IMG/VR virus record: IMGVR_UViG_2537561965_000009
Strand: one strand, 5' to 3'
Length of the DNA stretch: 52,523 bases
Source of the DNA: a virus
Taxonomy: Duplodnaviria; Heunggongvirae; Uroviricota; Caudoviricetes
Shown in pieces: positions 17,438-26,107 of this stretch (position 1 is the stretch's first letter; each line of letters opens with the position of its first letter). The notes below the pieces were generated by a model. The model was given only the letters and a program-made list of their open reading frames with translations. It made no database searches and was not told the origin of the DNA. A program made the position numbers and the translations under genes.

Positions 17438-17572
17438 TTTATTTTCTTTTTTGTTCAGTTGATTGTTTTTGTTTGTAAAATGTCTTGATTTTTTGCCAAT
17501 AAACTGTTTCAATCCAGCTACGCTTCGCAAAGCTATACCGCGAGGCGAATAGCAGACATGGACACCTGAAAG

Positions 17573-17597
17573 AACCCGCTTTATGCGGGTTTTTTTA
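17573..17597 (+). terminator. rho-independent terminator after the ATPase/TOPRIM operon
   Basis: AACCCGC-TTTAT-GCGGGTT hairpin followed by TTTTTT. Confidence 0.7.
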
Positions 17598-17719
17598 TGC
17601 CTGAAAAACGGCACAGAACATTAAACGCGCTGGTAGTTGTGAATACTGGTCTTTCAGCTTGCTGGCTTTTTCGACAAGAGGTATTGGTATGTCACGTTAA
17701 CCGGAAAAGGGAAAAAGGC

Positions 17720-17917
17720 ATGCTAAAACAGCAGGATATGACCGAAACCGCCAGAGTGGTGTTTAATGAATTAAGCGTCACCGAACCGGCGACCGTCGGG
17801 GAAATTGCGCAGAATACTTACCTTTCACGCGAACGCTGCCAGTTAATACTGACTCAGCTTGTTATGGCGGGTCTGGCAGATTATCAGTTCGGTTGTTACA
17901 GACGCCTTCCGCAGTGA
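17720..17917 (+). CDS. small hypothetical protein (possible HTH)
   Basis: 65-aa ORF MLKQQDMTETARVVFNELSVTEPATVGEIAQNTYLSRERCQLILTQLVMAGLADY... upstream of the methyltransferase. Confidence 0.4.
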   Translation: MLKQQDMTETARVVFNELSVTEPATVGEIAQNTYLSRERCQLILTQLVMAGLADYQFGCYRRLPQ

Positions 17918-18067
17918 AGGCTTTTTAATTTGTGGTAATGGGCGGCTGGTGGGTGTTAGCGGCACCTGCCAGCCATCTGCTCATGCGTTGGGGTCACAAG
18001 CAAACCTCAGGCCCATCTGCTTTGCGCAAAAGCGGTATGAGCCTATCAGAGAAGTGCTTATTGATCT

Positions 18068-19117
18068 ATGGCTAATACTGTAAAAATATCCAGTTGTGAG
18101 TTAATCAACGCTGATTGCCTGGAATTTATCCAGACCTTACCGGAAAACTCTGTCGATCTTATAGTCACAGACCCGCCATACTTTAAAGTGAAACCCGAGG
18201 GCTGGGATAACCAGTGGAAGGGCGACGATGATTACCTGAAGTGGCTGGACCAGTGTCTGGCGCAGTTCTGGCGGGTGCTGAAACCTGTCGGAAGTCTTTA
18301 CCTGTTCTGTGGTCATCGCCTGGCATCTGATATCGAAATCATGATGCGTGAACGCTTCAGTGTGCTGAACCATATTATCTGGGCGAAGCCGTCCGGACGC
18401 TGGAACGGATGCAACAAGGAAAGCCTGCGGGCGTATTTCCCCGCCACAGAGCGCATTCTGTTCGCGGAACATTATCAGGGGCCGTATCGTCCGAAAGATG
18501 CCGGGTATGCGGCGAAGGGCAGTGCACTGAAACAGCATGTGATGGCCCCGCTGATTTCTTACTTTCGTGATGCGCGCGCGGCCCTGGGGATAACGGCAAA
18601 ACAGATTGCAGATGCCACAGGAAAGAAAAACATGGTGTCGCACTGGTTCAGTGCCAGTCAGTGGCAGCTACCGAACGAAAGCGATTATCTGAAATTACAG
18701 TCGCTGTTTGCCCGGGTGGCAGAAGAGAAACATCAGCGCGGTGAACTGGAAAAGCCCCACCACCAGCTGGTGGATACGTATACGTCACTGAACCGGCAGT
18801 ATGTGGAGCTGCAGAGTGAATATAAGCATCTGCGGCGGTATTTTGGTGTGACGGCGCAGGTGCCGTACACGGATGTGTGGACACATAAACCGGTGCAGTT
18901 CTATCCCGGGAAACATCCGTGCGAAAAACCGGCAGAAATGCTGCAGCAGATAATCAGCGCAAGCAGTCGTCCGGGAGACCTGGTTGCAGATTTTTTTATG
19001 GGCTCAGGTTCAACGGTAAAAGCTGCACTGGCGCTCGGGCGTCGTGCGATTGGCGTTGAACTGGAGACCGGACGTTTTGAGCAGACAGTCAGGGAAGTTC
19101 AGGATTTAATCGTTTGA
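18068..19117 (+). CDS. DNA methyltransferase (N6-adenine/N4-cytosine, beta class), apparently orphan
   Basis: 349-aa ORF with motif IV DPPY near the N-terminus and motif I FFMGSGST near the C-terminus; no adjacent restriction endonuclease gene seen. Confidence 0.8.
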   Translation: MANTVKISSCELINADCLEFIQTLPENSVDLIVTDPPYFKVKPEGWDNQWKGDDDYLKWLDQCLAQFWRVLKPVGSLYLFCGHRLASDIEIMMRERFSVLNHIIWAKPSGRWNGCNKESLRAYFPATERILFAEHYQGPYRPKDAGYAAKGSALKQHVMAPLISYFRDARAALGITAKQIADATGKKNMVSHWFSASQWQLPNESDYLKLQSLFARVAEEKHQRGELEKPHHQLVDTYTSLNRQYVELQSEYKHLRRYFGVTAQVPYTDVWTHKPVQFYPGKHPCEKPAEMLQQIISASSRPGDLVADFFMGSGSTVKAALALGRRAIGVELETGRFEQTVREVQDLIV

Positions 19118-19166
19118 AACGGATGAGATTGCAGAATTAATTACGCACCATTATTATTCTGCTCCC

Positions 19167-19242
19167 GGCCCTTTAGCTCAGTGGTGAGAGCGAGCGACTC
19201 ATAATCGCCAGGTCGCTGGTTCAAATCCAGCAAGGGCCACCA
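19167..19242 (+). tRNA. ileZ: tRNA with CAU anticodon, ileX-like (tRNA-Ile2)
   Basis: 76-nt cloverleaf GGCCCTT...AAGGGCCACCA with anticodon loop CUCAUAA; closely resembles E. coli ileX as recalled; same position as ileZ in Stx-type phages. Confidence 0.8.
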
Positions 19243-19249
19243 TCACATA

Positions 19250-19326
19250 CCGCCATTAGCTCATCAGGAAAGAGCGCCAGCCTTCGAAGCTGGTTGCGCG
19301 GGGTTCAAGTCCCCGATGGCGGTCCA
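19250..19326 (+). tRNA. argN: tRNA-Arg (anticodon UCG)
   Basis: 77-nt cloverleaf with acceptor CCGCCAT/ATGGCGG, anticodon loop CUUCGAA, T-arm CGGGGTTCAAGTCCCCG and encoded CCA. Confidence 0.75.
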
Positions 19327-19339
19327 TTATCTGCATCAT

Positions 19340-19416
19340 GCGTTGTTAGCTCAGCCGGACAGAGCAATTGCCTTCTAAGCAATCGGTCACTGGTTCGAAT
19401 CCAGTACAACGCGCCA
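19340..19416 (+). tRNA. argO: tRNA-Arg (anticodon UCU)
   Basis: 77-nt cloverleaf GCGTTGT...ACAACGCGCCA with anticodon loop CUUCUAA. Confidence 0.8.
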
Positions 19417-19707
19417 CACTTATTTTCCCTGGCTCGCTTTTGTGGGCCTTTTTTTTAAATGTCTCACAATTTAGGCGGTTGACTGTTGTCTGGTTTGCGG
19501 GGAGTTTGTTAAAAGAAACTGGCATGGTGAATCCCCCTGTGCGGAGGGGCAATCAGCGAGTAGGTATATGGGATAATCGCGGATTCAGGTGCTGGTACTG
19601 AATTCACCGGGAGGCACCCGGCACCATGCAATGGCACATAGCGCCACTCTCCAGCCCCTCTCCGGAGGGGCTGTTTATATTGATTTTGTCAGATGTGAGT
19701 AAACTGC

Positions 19708-20043
19708 TTATGGACTTTGTTGTTTTAGCCCATAAGGACATATTTGCAGAGTGCAACGGTTATTAAAGCATTCATTCAATACGTTATCTGTATTTGTAGG
19801 GCATTCCTGGCTGTTTTTGATTAAATTCCAGAATGTTTTATTGAATGGTACTACGTTGTAAATGGTTACAGGTAGCACTTTGTTATTGAGCATGATGCCT
19901 GTGTGAGTCAGTGTAAATATACTTTCAGGAGGTAAGAAAGCATCCGATTGATACCAGATTATTAATTTTATTTTACTCCATATGACTGAAAAAGATATTC
20001 CGCATGATGGCTGGATAACTGTATCAATCACAATCCACTTCAT
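19708..20043 (-). CDS. orphan hypothetical protein at the stx-equivalent position
   Basis: 111-aa ORF in a very AT-rich segment between the tRNA genes and the esterase gene, opposite in orientation to the late operon; AAGGA-like SD; no family recognised. Confidence 0.35.
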   Translation of the reverse strand: MKWIVIDTVIQPSCGISFSVIWSKIKLIIWYQSDAFLPPESIFTLTHTGIMLNNKVLPVTIYNVVPFNKTFWNLIKNSQECPTNTDNVLNECFNNRCTLQICPYGLKQQSP

Positions 20044-20303
20044 TTAGTTTCCTTGTTTATGCCTTGCTGGTGATGTTCTGAAAAGTATAAATGATATTTT
20101 TGATTGTAAACCATAGAGCAGAATTATTTTTCTGATGTTGTTTATTGTTTATTTAAATGCAGGGTGGTTTATATCTCGTCTTGTAGTTTATCCATGCATA
20201 TCTGCTTGATGATGAGGTTTTTATTTAAGGTATGGTTTTGTGTTTTTTCTGTATTACATGTCAGGTATTTTAAAGAATCATTTTTCAGATGGTGGAAAGA
20301 ACC

Positions 20304-22157
20304 ATGGCATTTAAACACTATGATGTTGTCAGGGCGGCGTCGCCGTCAGATCTTGCGGAAAAGCTGACACATAAACTGAAAGAGGGCTGGCAGCCGTTTG
20401 GTAGTCCGGTGGCCATAACCCCTTATACCCTGATGCAGGCGATTGCAGCAGAAGGTGATGTGGTCGTCAGTGGTGCAACTGAGCCGGAGTGGTACTACGT
20501 CATCGTACTGGCCGGGCAATCCAATGCCATGGCTTACGGTGAAGGGCTTCCGCTTCCGGATTCTTACGATGCGCCCCACCCACGCATTAAGCAACTGGCC
20601 CGTCGCAACACAGTGACTCCCGGTGGTAAAGCATGCGCATTTAACGACATCATTCCGGCAGACCACTGCCTGCATGATGTTCAGGATATGAGCGCACTGA
20701 ATCATCCGAAGGCAGACCTGAGCAAAGGGCAGTACGGCTGTGTCGGCCAGGGCTTACATATTGCCAAAAAACTGCTTCCGTATATCCCGAATAACGCGGG
20801 GATCCTGCTGGTACCATGCTGTCGTGGTGGTTCGGCATTCACCCAGGGCGCGGAGGGGACATTCAGTGCGGACACGGGGGCCAGCCAGGATTCGGCACGC
20901 TGGGGTGTGGGTAAACCGTTATATCAGGACCTGATCGCACGCACCAAAGCGGCATTACAGAAGAACCCGAAAAATGTGTTGCTGGCGGTGTGCTGGATGC
21001 AGGGCGAATTTGACATGAGCGCTGCCACCTACGCACAGCAACCGGACCTGTTCACGGCCATGCTGAAGCAGTTCCGTACTGACCTTTCCGGATTTAACGC
21101 GCAGTGCCATGGCGGCAGTGCTGCAGTTGTACCGTGGATTTGTGGCGACACGACGTATTACTGGAAAAACACATACGGCACACAGTATGACTCCGTCTAC
21201 GGCGCATACAAAAACAGGGAGAGCGACAACGTTTTCTTTGTGCCGTTCATGACCGACGGTAACGGCAACAACACGCCCACCAACTTACCGGCAGAAGACC
21301 CGGATATTGCTGATGCAGGTTATTACGGCGCGCAATCCCGTAGTAATGGTAATTGGGTATCGTCAAACCGCCCGACACATTTCAGTTCATGGGCGCGCAG
21401 GAGCATTATTCCGGATCGTATGGCAACCGCTATTCTGAACGCAGCCGGGCGCACCTCAGCCTTCATCAGTGGTAAGGCACCGGAAATCAAACCCTCGCCC
21501 GGCGTCGACACGCCATCGGGGCCGTCTGAAGATGCATCCGTACGCACAATCTCCCTGTTGCCGACAGCCGGAGAGGCTGCTGCGCAGGGCTGGACCATTA
21601 AGGACGGCGGAATTCAGTTGTCGGGTGGTGTATTTAAGATCACCAAGCAGAGCAATAAAACTTGGTCCCTGATGCATCCGGTGGATGACGCAGTCTCCCT
21701 GCTGACACGGGGTGGCAGACTGAGCTGTAAGTTTCGACTGTCAGGCGCACTGACCAACAACCAGTTCGGTCTGGGAATTTATCTGTATACCGATGTAGCG
21801 TTACCTGACGTCGTGGCGATGACCGGGACTGGTAACCCGTTCCTGATGTCGTTCTTCACCCAGACCACAGACGGCAAACTGAATCTGATGCATCACAGGA
21901 AAGCAGGAAACACAAAGTTGGGCGAGTTCGGGAATTACAGTAACGACTGGCAGACGCTGGAGCTGGTGTTCACCGCCGGCAGTGCCACGGTTACTCCGAA
22001 ACTGAATGGAGTGGCTGGCCCGGCATTCCAGGTCATAAAAGACAGTCTGACACTGGGGCTGAATGCGCTGACGCTGACGGATATTACCAAAAATGCAGCG
22101 TATGGCGTTGAGATAGAAAGTCTGGTGCTGGAGATAAATGCACCAGCATCATCATAA
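20304..22157 (+). CDS. prophage sialate O-acetylesterase (NanS-p-like; DUF1737 N-terminus plus SGNH/SASA esterase domain)
   Basis: 617 aa from ATG 20304 (alternative ATG 20289); N-terminal MAFKHYDVVRAASPSDLAEKL...; esterase motif VLAGQSNAMAYGEG; C-terminal beta-rich probable carbohydrate-binding region; same position as nanS-p downstream of stx in Stx phages. Confidence 0.75.
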   Translation: MAFKHYDVVRAASPSDLAEKLTHKLKEGWQPFGSPVAITPYTLMQAIAAEGDVVVSGATEPEWYYVIVLAGQSNAMAYGEGLPLPDSYDAPHPRIKQLARRNTVTPGGKACAFNDIIPADHCLHDVQDMSALNHPKADLSKGQYGCVGQGLHIAKKLLPYIPNNAGILLVPCCRGGSAFTQGAEGTFSADTGASQDSARWGVGKPLYQDLIARTKAALQKNPKNVLLAVCWMQGEFDMSAATYAQQPDLFTAMLKQFRTDLSGFNAQCHGGSAAVVPWICGDTTYYWKNTYGTQYDSVYGAYKNRESDNVFFVPFMTDGNGNNTPTNLPAEDPDIADAGYYGAQSRSNGNWVSSNRPTHFSSWARRSIIPDRMATAILNAAGRTSAFISGKAPEIKPSPGVDTPSGPSEDASVRTISLLPTAGEAAAQGWTIKDGGIQLSGGVFKITKQSNKTWSLMHPVDDAVSLLTRGGRLSCKFRLSGALTNNQFGLGIYLYTDVALPDVVAMTGTGNPFLMSFFTQTTDGKLNLMHHRKAGNTKLGEFGNYSNDWQTLELVFTAGSATVTPKLNGVAGPAFQVIKDSLTLGLNALTLTDITKNAAYGVEIESLVLEINAPASS

Positions 22158-22307
22158 AAAGTGAGCCAGTCAAATGGAAGGTATCGTTAAACTCACCGGT
22201 AGTGTCAGTGGGTCGTCTGAGATGCCTGCATGAGTTATCAGAGCCATCAGTACTTAACTGGTGGCTTTTTTTATTGTTGTCAGCTTCCGGATAACGGGAG
22301 ACGGGGT

Positions 22308-22523
22308 ATGTACCAGATGGAAAAAATCACAACAGGTGTGTCATACACCACGTCAGCGGTGGGAACGGGCTACTGGTTCCTGCAGTTGCTGGACAGGGTT
22401 TCCCCGTCTCAGTGGGCGGCAATAGGCGTGCTGGGGAGTCTGCTGTTTGGGCTGCTGACATATCTGACTAACCTGTATTTCAAAATCAGAGAGGACCGTC
22501 GTAAGGCTGCACGGGGAGAGTAA
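22308..22523 (+). CDS. S: class II holin (phage 21 S-type pinholin) with dual-start motif
   Basis: 71-aa product [28 protein letters not shown]...[15 protein letters not shown] closely resembles the S21 pinholin as recalled; two in-frame starts at 22308 and 22317. Confidence 0.8.
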   Translation: MYQMEKITTGVSYTTSAVGTGYWFLQLLDRVSPSQWAAIGVLGSLLFGLLTYLTNLYFKIREDRRKAARGE

Positions 22524-22527
22524 TTCA

Positions 22528-22872
22528 ATGACTCAAAACTATGAACTGATTGTGAAAGGGATCCGCAATTTTGAGAATAAAGTTACGGTAACTTTAGCGT
22601 TACGGGACAAAAAACGCTTTGACGGTGAAATTTTTGACCTGGACATCTCGCTGGACCGTGTTGAAGGTGCCGCGCTGGAGTTTTATGAGGCAGCAGCCAG
22701 AAGGAGCATCAGACAGGTCTTCCTGGATGTTGCTGCCGGGTTATGTGAAGGGGATGAGCTGTCGCCGGAAAAGCGCCCCATAATTTTAGAGGCGCAGAAT
22801 GTGTGGATAACCTACAAAGGAAAGCTACCGGGAAGAATTACTGGTTCTCTGAAGACTCCGCCGAAATGGTAA
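22528..22872 (+). CDS. hypothetical protein inserted between holin and endolysin
   Basis: 114-aa ORF with ATG start and GGAGAG SD; its 3' end overlaps a convergent ORF. Confidence 0.45.
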   Translation: MTQNYELIVKGIRNFENKVTVTLALRDKKRFDGEIFDLDISLDRVEGAALEFYEAAARRSIRQVFLDVAAGLCEGDELSPEKRPIILEAQNVWITYKGKLPGRITGSLKTPPKW

Positions 22873-23110
22873 TTTCACCAGCATATTTTTCTTCCAGTAA
22901 TACCGCCAGCCACTTGAAAGAATTTTGTTGTTGCTGGGACCATTTGGGGTTGAGTGATTCAAGCTGGAGCGATGCCAGTGTTGGTTGCATTTGTTCCTTG
23001 GGAATTGAGAATGCCAGATATGAAAATGCGACAGTAAGGGCATTTACATCATCCCGAAGCCTGGAAATGCAGTCGAGCAACTCCTGTAGAGAAATGGTGC
23101 TATTGTCCAT
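22838..23110 (-). CDS. hypothetical protein, convergent and overlapping with 22528-22872
   Basis: 90 aa from ATG 23110 with GAGAGG SD; protein-like composition (MDNSTISLQELLDCISRLRDDVNALTVAF...). Confidence 0.4.
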   Translation of the reverse strand: MDNSTISLQELLDCISRLRDDVNALTVAFSYLAFSIPKEQMQPTLASLQLESLNPKWSQQQQNSFKWLAVLLEEKYAGEITISAESSENQ

Positions 23111-23215
23111 AAACAATCCTCTCTATTGTATTTAACTATTCCTTGCCTGATTCAACAGGCCGGGACAGATAAACATATCCAGGGTTCAGAAACCGATAAA
23201 TCCTGATAAATATCC

Positions 23216-23749
23216 ATGAACGCAAAAATCAGATACGGCCTGTCGGCTGCCGTTCTGGCACTGATTGCCGTCGGTGCGCCTGCGCCTGATATTCTCGACC
23301 AGTTTCTGGATGAAAAAGAAGGTAACCACACAACGGCATACCGCGATGGTTCCGGCATCTGGACCATCTGTCGGGGTGCCACGGTGGTGGATGGAAAACC
23401 CGTTTTTCCCGGTATGAAACTGTCGAAGGAAAAATGCGACCAGGTTAACGCCATTGAACGGGATAAGGCGCTGGCATGGGTGGAGCGCAATATTAAAGTG
23501 CCACTGACCGAACCACAGAAAGCGGGTATCGCGTCATTTTGTCCCTATAACATTGGCCCCGGTAAGTGTTTCCCGTCGACGTTTTATAAGCGGCTGAATG
23601 CCGGTGATCGTAAAGGTGCATGCGAGGCGATTCGCTGGTGGATAAAAGATGGTGGGCGCGATTGCCGCATACGTTCAAATAACTGCTATGGACAGGTTAT
23701 TCGTCGTGACCAGGAAAGCGCATTAGCCTGTTGGGGGATAGATCAGTGA
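23216..23749 (+). CDS. R: SAR endolysin (lysozyme, phage 21 R-type)
   Basis: 177-aa ORF; N-terminal signal-anchor-release segment [17 protein letters not shown]; catalytic E-x8-D-x5-T pattern [16 protein letters not shown]; C-terminal region resembles R21. Confidence 0.8.
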   Translation: MNAKIRYGLSAAVLALIAVGAPAPDILDQFLDEKEGNHTTAYRDGSGIWTICRGATVVDGKPVFPGMKLSKEKCDQVNAIERDKALAWVERNIKVPLTEPQKAGIASFCPYNIGPGKCFPSTFYKRLNAGDRKGACEAIRWWIKDGGRDCRIRSNNCYGQVIRRDQESALACWGIDQ

Positions 23750-24204
23750 GCAGAGTCGCCGCGATTATTTATGCTCTGGTTATCTGCATCATCGTCTGCC
23801 TGTCATGGGCTGTTAATCATTACCGTGATAACGCAATCGCCTACAAAGAGCAGCGCGATAACAAGGCCAGTGAACTGGAGAAGGCGAACGCCACCATCGC
23901 TGACATGCGGAAGCGTCAACGTGATGTAGCAGAACTCGACGCAAGATACACAAAGGAGCTTGCTGATGCTAACGCGACTATCGAAAGTCTCCGTGTTGAT
24001 GTTTCTGCTGGGCGTAAGCGCCTGCAAGTCGCCGCCACCTGTGCAAAGTCAACGACCGGAGCCAGCGGCATGGGCGATGGAGAAAGCCCAAGACTTACAG
24101 CAGATGCTGAACTCAATTATTACCGTCTCCGAAGTGGAATCGACAAGATAACCGCGCAGGTTAACTACCTGCAGGAATACATCAGGACGCAATGCCTGAA
24201 ATAA
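23746..24204 (+). CDS. Rz: i-spanin Rz
   Basis: GTG start overlapping the R stop; product [38 protein letters not shown]... is close to lambda Rz. Confidence 0.85.
   Translation: MSRVAAIIYALVICIIVCLSWAVNHYRDNAIAYKEQRDNKASELEKANATIADMRKRQRDVAELDARYTKELADANATIESLRVDVSAGRKRLQVAATCAKSTTGASGMGDGESPRLTADAELNYYRLRSGIDKITAQVNYLQEYIRTQCLK
23966..24151 (+). CDS. Rz1: o-spanin Rz1 (lipoprotein) embedded in the +1 frame of Rz
   Basis: 61-aa ORF with AAAGGAG SD; lipobox LLGVSAC and proline-rich mature part. Confidence 0.75.
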   Translation: MLTRLSKVSVLMFLLGVSACKSPPPVQSQRPEPAAWAMEKAQDLQQMLNSIITVSEVESTR

Positions 24205-24236
24205 TTTTTTTGCAAATCACAAAGTCCATTTAATGA

Positions 24237-24259
24237 GCCTCGCGATGCGGGGCTTTTTT
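24237..24259 (+). terminator. rho-independent terminator after the lysis cassette
   Basis: GCCTCGC-GAT-GCGGGGC hairpin followed by TTTTTT. Confidence 0.6.
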
Positions 24260-24408
24260 GCAATAAATGCGTACCGCAACGCATGTTTTTTTTACACCGA
24301 ACCTGCCCCTTTGGAATGGGCCTTTGAGGATACCAGTTAGTGCTGGCGAGCCTCGGTGGGCTGGTTTCCTGTGCGGCAAAGGTTCATTTCAAATGGTAGG
24401 TAAACGTT

Positions 24409-24930
24409 ATGAATATCGTGCCACTTAATTACAAAGGTGAAATTGTCAGTTTCAACACTGATGGTTGGATCAACGTCACAGGTGTTGCTGAGAGATTTGG
24501 GAAACGCATTGATAACTGGATGCGTTTGGCAGAAACGCTTGAATACGTTCGTGCTTTAGACGAAGCGTTGACCGGGAAAGAATCTCAAATTTTACATCCC
24601 TCACAATCGAGGTATGTAAAAACCAGCAAGGCACGAAAGGACAGGGGTGGTGGTACGTGGCTACATCCAAAACTTTCAGTTGCATTTGCCCGTTGGTGTG
24701 ATGCTCGTTTTGCTGTGTGGTGCGACCTGCACATTGATAGTCTGCTTCGCGGTGAACTGACTGAGCAGCAGAAATATGAGCAAGCATGTCGCATTCGCGA
24801 TGACCGGAAATCAAAAGCCAGCAATGGGGCAAGAGAGATGGCTCGCTGGCGATGGGATAAGCCGGTTATTGAAGCAAATGTTGAGTACTGGCGCGAGCAA
24901 CTGCAGTTGACTCTCGATATCGCGTGCTGA
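24409..24930 (+). CDS. KilA-N domain protein
   Basis: 173-aa ORF; N-terminal region ...GWINVTGVAERFGKRIDNWMRL...GGGTWLHPKLSVAFARWCDARFAVW matches the KilA-N DNA-binding domain pattern. Confidence 0.7.
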   Translation: MNIVPLNYKGEIVSFNTDGWINVTGVAERFGKRIDNWMRLAETLEYVRALDEALTGKESQILHPSQSRYVKTSKARKDRGGGTWLHPKLSVAFARWCDARFAVWCDLHIDSLLRGELTEQQKYEQACRIRDDRKSKASNGAREMARWRWDKPVIEANVEYWREQLQLTLDIAC

Positions 24931-25639
24931 TGGCAAACGCAAAACTGCGTTATCGAAAAAATCAAAGCATTACTAGAACTGAGCAACGGCTATCCATTAC
25001 AAAGCCCATCTACGGGTGGGCTTGATAATGAAACCGTGATTTACATCCCCACAATCCGGGTATGTAAAAGATAGTTCAGGCGAGAACGGATTTAACTAAA
25101 TCTGTGCGCCACCAGTTAACGGCAGTACCACGAAACAACCCAAGCCAGTAAGTGGGGAAATAACACCGGCAGCCACTGAAAGATGAACCTCCTGCCTTAT
25201 GGCAAAAAGGATTCTTTGTGGTGGCGGACTGATGGAAAGACATCCTAATTTCAGCCAAACATTGAAGGAGTTGTTATGTCAGCAGAAGGTTTCAATAACC
25301 CATCAAAATTCCGGGATGAGTGGGATAGCAGCGTAAAGAGTAAGTGATGCCATCACAAAAGCCATTCCCTACAGAGTGGCTTTGATAATGGCTTATACCC
25401 TACACGGGATAACTTAACTGATATCCCTTTTAAAGGATAAAGGTATTCAAGCCTGACACATCATGCGCTGTATCGTCGCCGTATTCCCGTATTAACAGAG
25501 ACCGTAGCCCGACGGGGAACTCCTTCTGCGCGAGTGTGCGGGAATAATCAAAAACGATGCACACCGGGGTTACCGGGTACACATATTTCATCATGCCAGC
25601 GAGTCCGGTTCTGGCACGGAAGAAACCGGACGTTATGAT

Positions 25640-26050
25640 TTAGTGCGGAAATATTTGTGTAGTGTTCTGAATGTTCTCAGTAAAGAGTAATGAATTATCA
25701 AAGGTATAGTAATACCTTTTGTTTTCGTGGATATTTGTAATCCATCTGAAAACCCCTGCTGTAGCAAGATTTTTCCTGTATTCGTAAAATGATAACTCTC
25801 CTGATTTGAATCCTTTTAATGTGGCTTCTATAAGGCATTTATTTTTTGAAAATCTTACATTTACAACCTTACCCTGTCCTTTTATTAAAACCGTATTATC
25901 GTTTTCAAGAACAAGATGAATATTCTCTGTGGCTAAATAGTAAATGTAATGTGAGACATTGTGACGTTTTAGTTCAGAATAAAACCAGTGATAGTTTAAA
26001 TTATTTCGCACTTTATCGAATATTTGTTTAAAAATGGCAACCTGAGCCAT
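25640..26050 (-). CDS. AT-rich hypothetical protein (moron candidate)
   Basis: 136 aa from ATG 26050 with GGAAGG SD; low-GC gene unlike its neighbours; no family recognised. Confidence 0.45.
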   Translation of the reverse strand: MAQVAIFKQIFDKVRNNLNYHWFYSELKRHNVSHYIYYLATENIHLVLENDNTVLIKGQGKVVNVRFSKNKCLIEATLKGFKSGELSFYEYRKNLATAGVFRWITNIHENKRYYYTFDNSLLFTENIQNTTQIFPH

Positions 26051-26107
26051 TGTAGTACCTTCCATGTGATATGAAGGTACCTAGTCTGCACGATTATCTA
26101 AATTGCT

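Noticed and set aside
17440-17720. T-rich segment with repeated TTGATT/TTGTTT motifs after the TOPRIM gene, considered as a regulatory repeat
   Set aside because: Most simply explained as the U-rich tail and surroundings of the intrinsic terminator; no clear periodicity
19346-19601. ORFs of 68 and 77 aa overlapping the second and third tRNA genes
   Set aside because: They overlap well-folded tRNA cloverleaves and a terminator-like region, so are almost certainly spurious
19420-20290. Searched the canonical position between the tRNA genes and the esterase gene for Shiga toxin genes stxA and stxB
   Set aside because: The segment is only about 870 bp, has no plus-strand ORF of suitable size, and its single ORF is on the minus strand and unrelated to the toxin subunits
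22230-22307. Upstream extension of the holin ORF to an ATG at 22230
   Set aside because: The extension encodes a Cys/Phe-rich non-holin-like leader; the conserved dual-start holin begins at 22308/22317 with a proper SD
25076-25258. 60-aa minus-strand ORF in the region after KilA-N
   Set aside because: No ribosome-binding site, Cys/Trp-rich translation, and it lies in a segment that looks like degraded gene remnants
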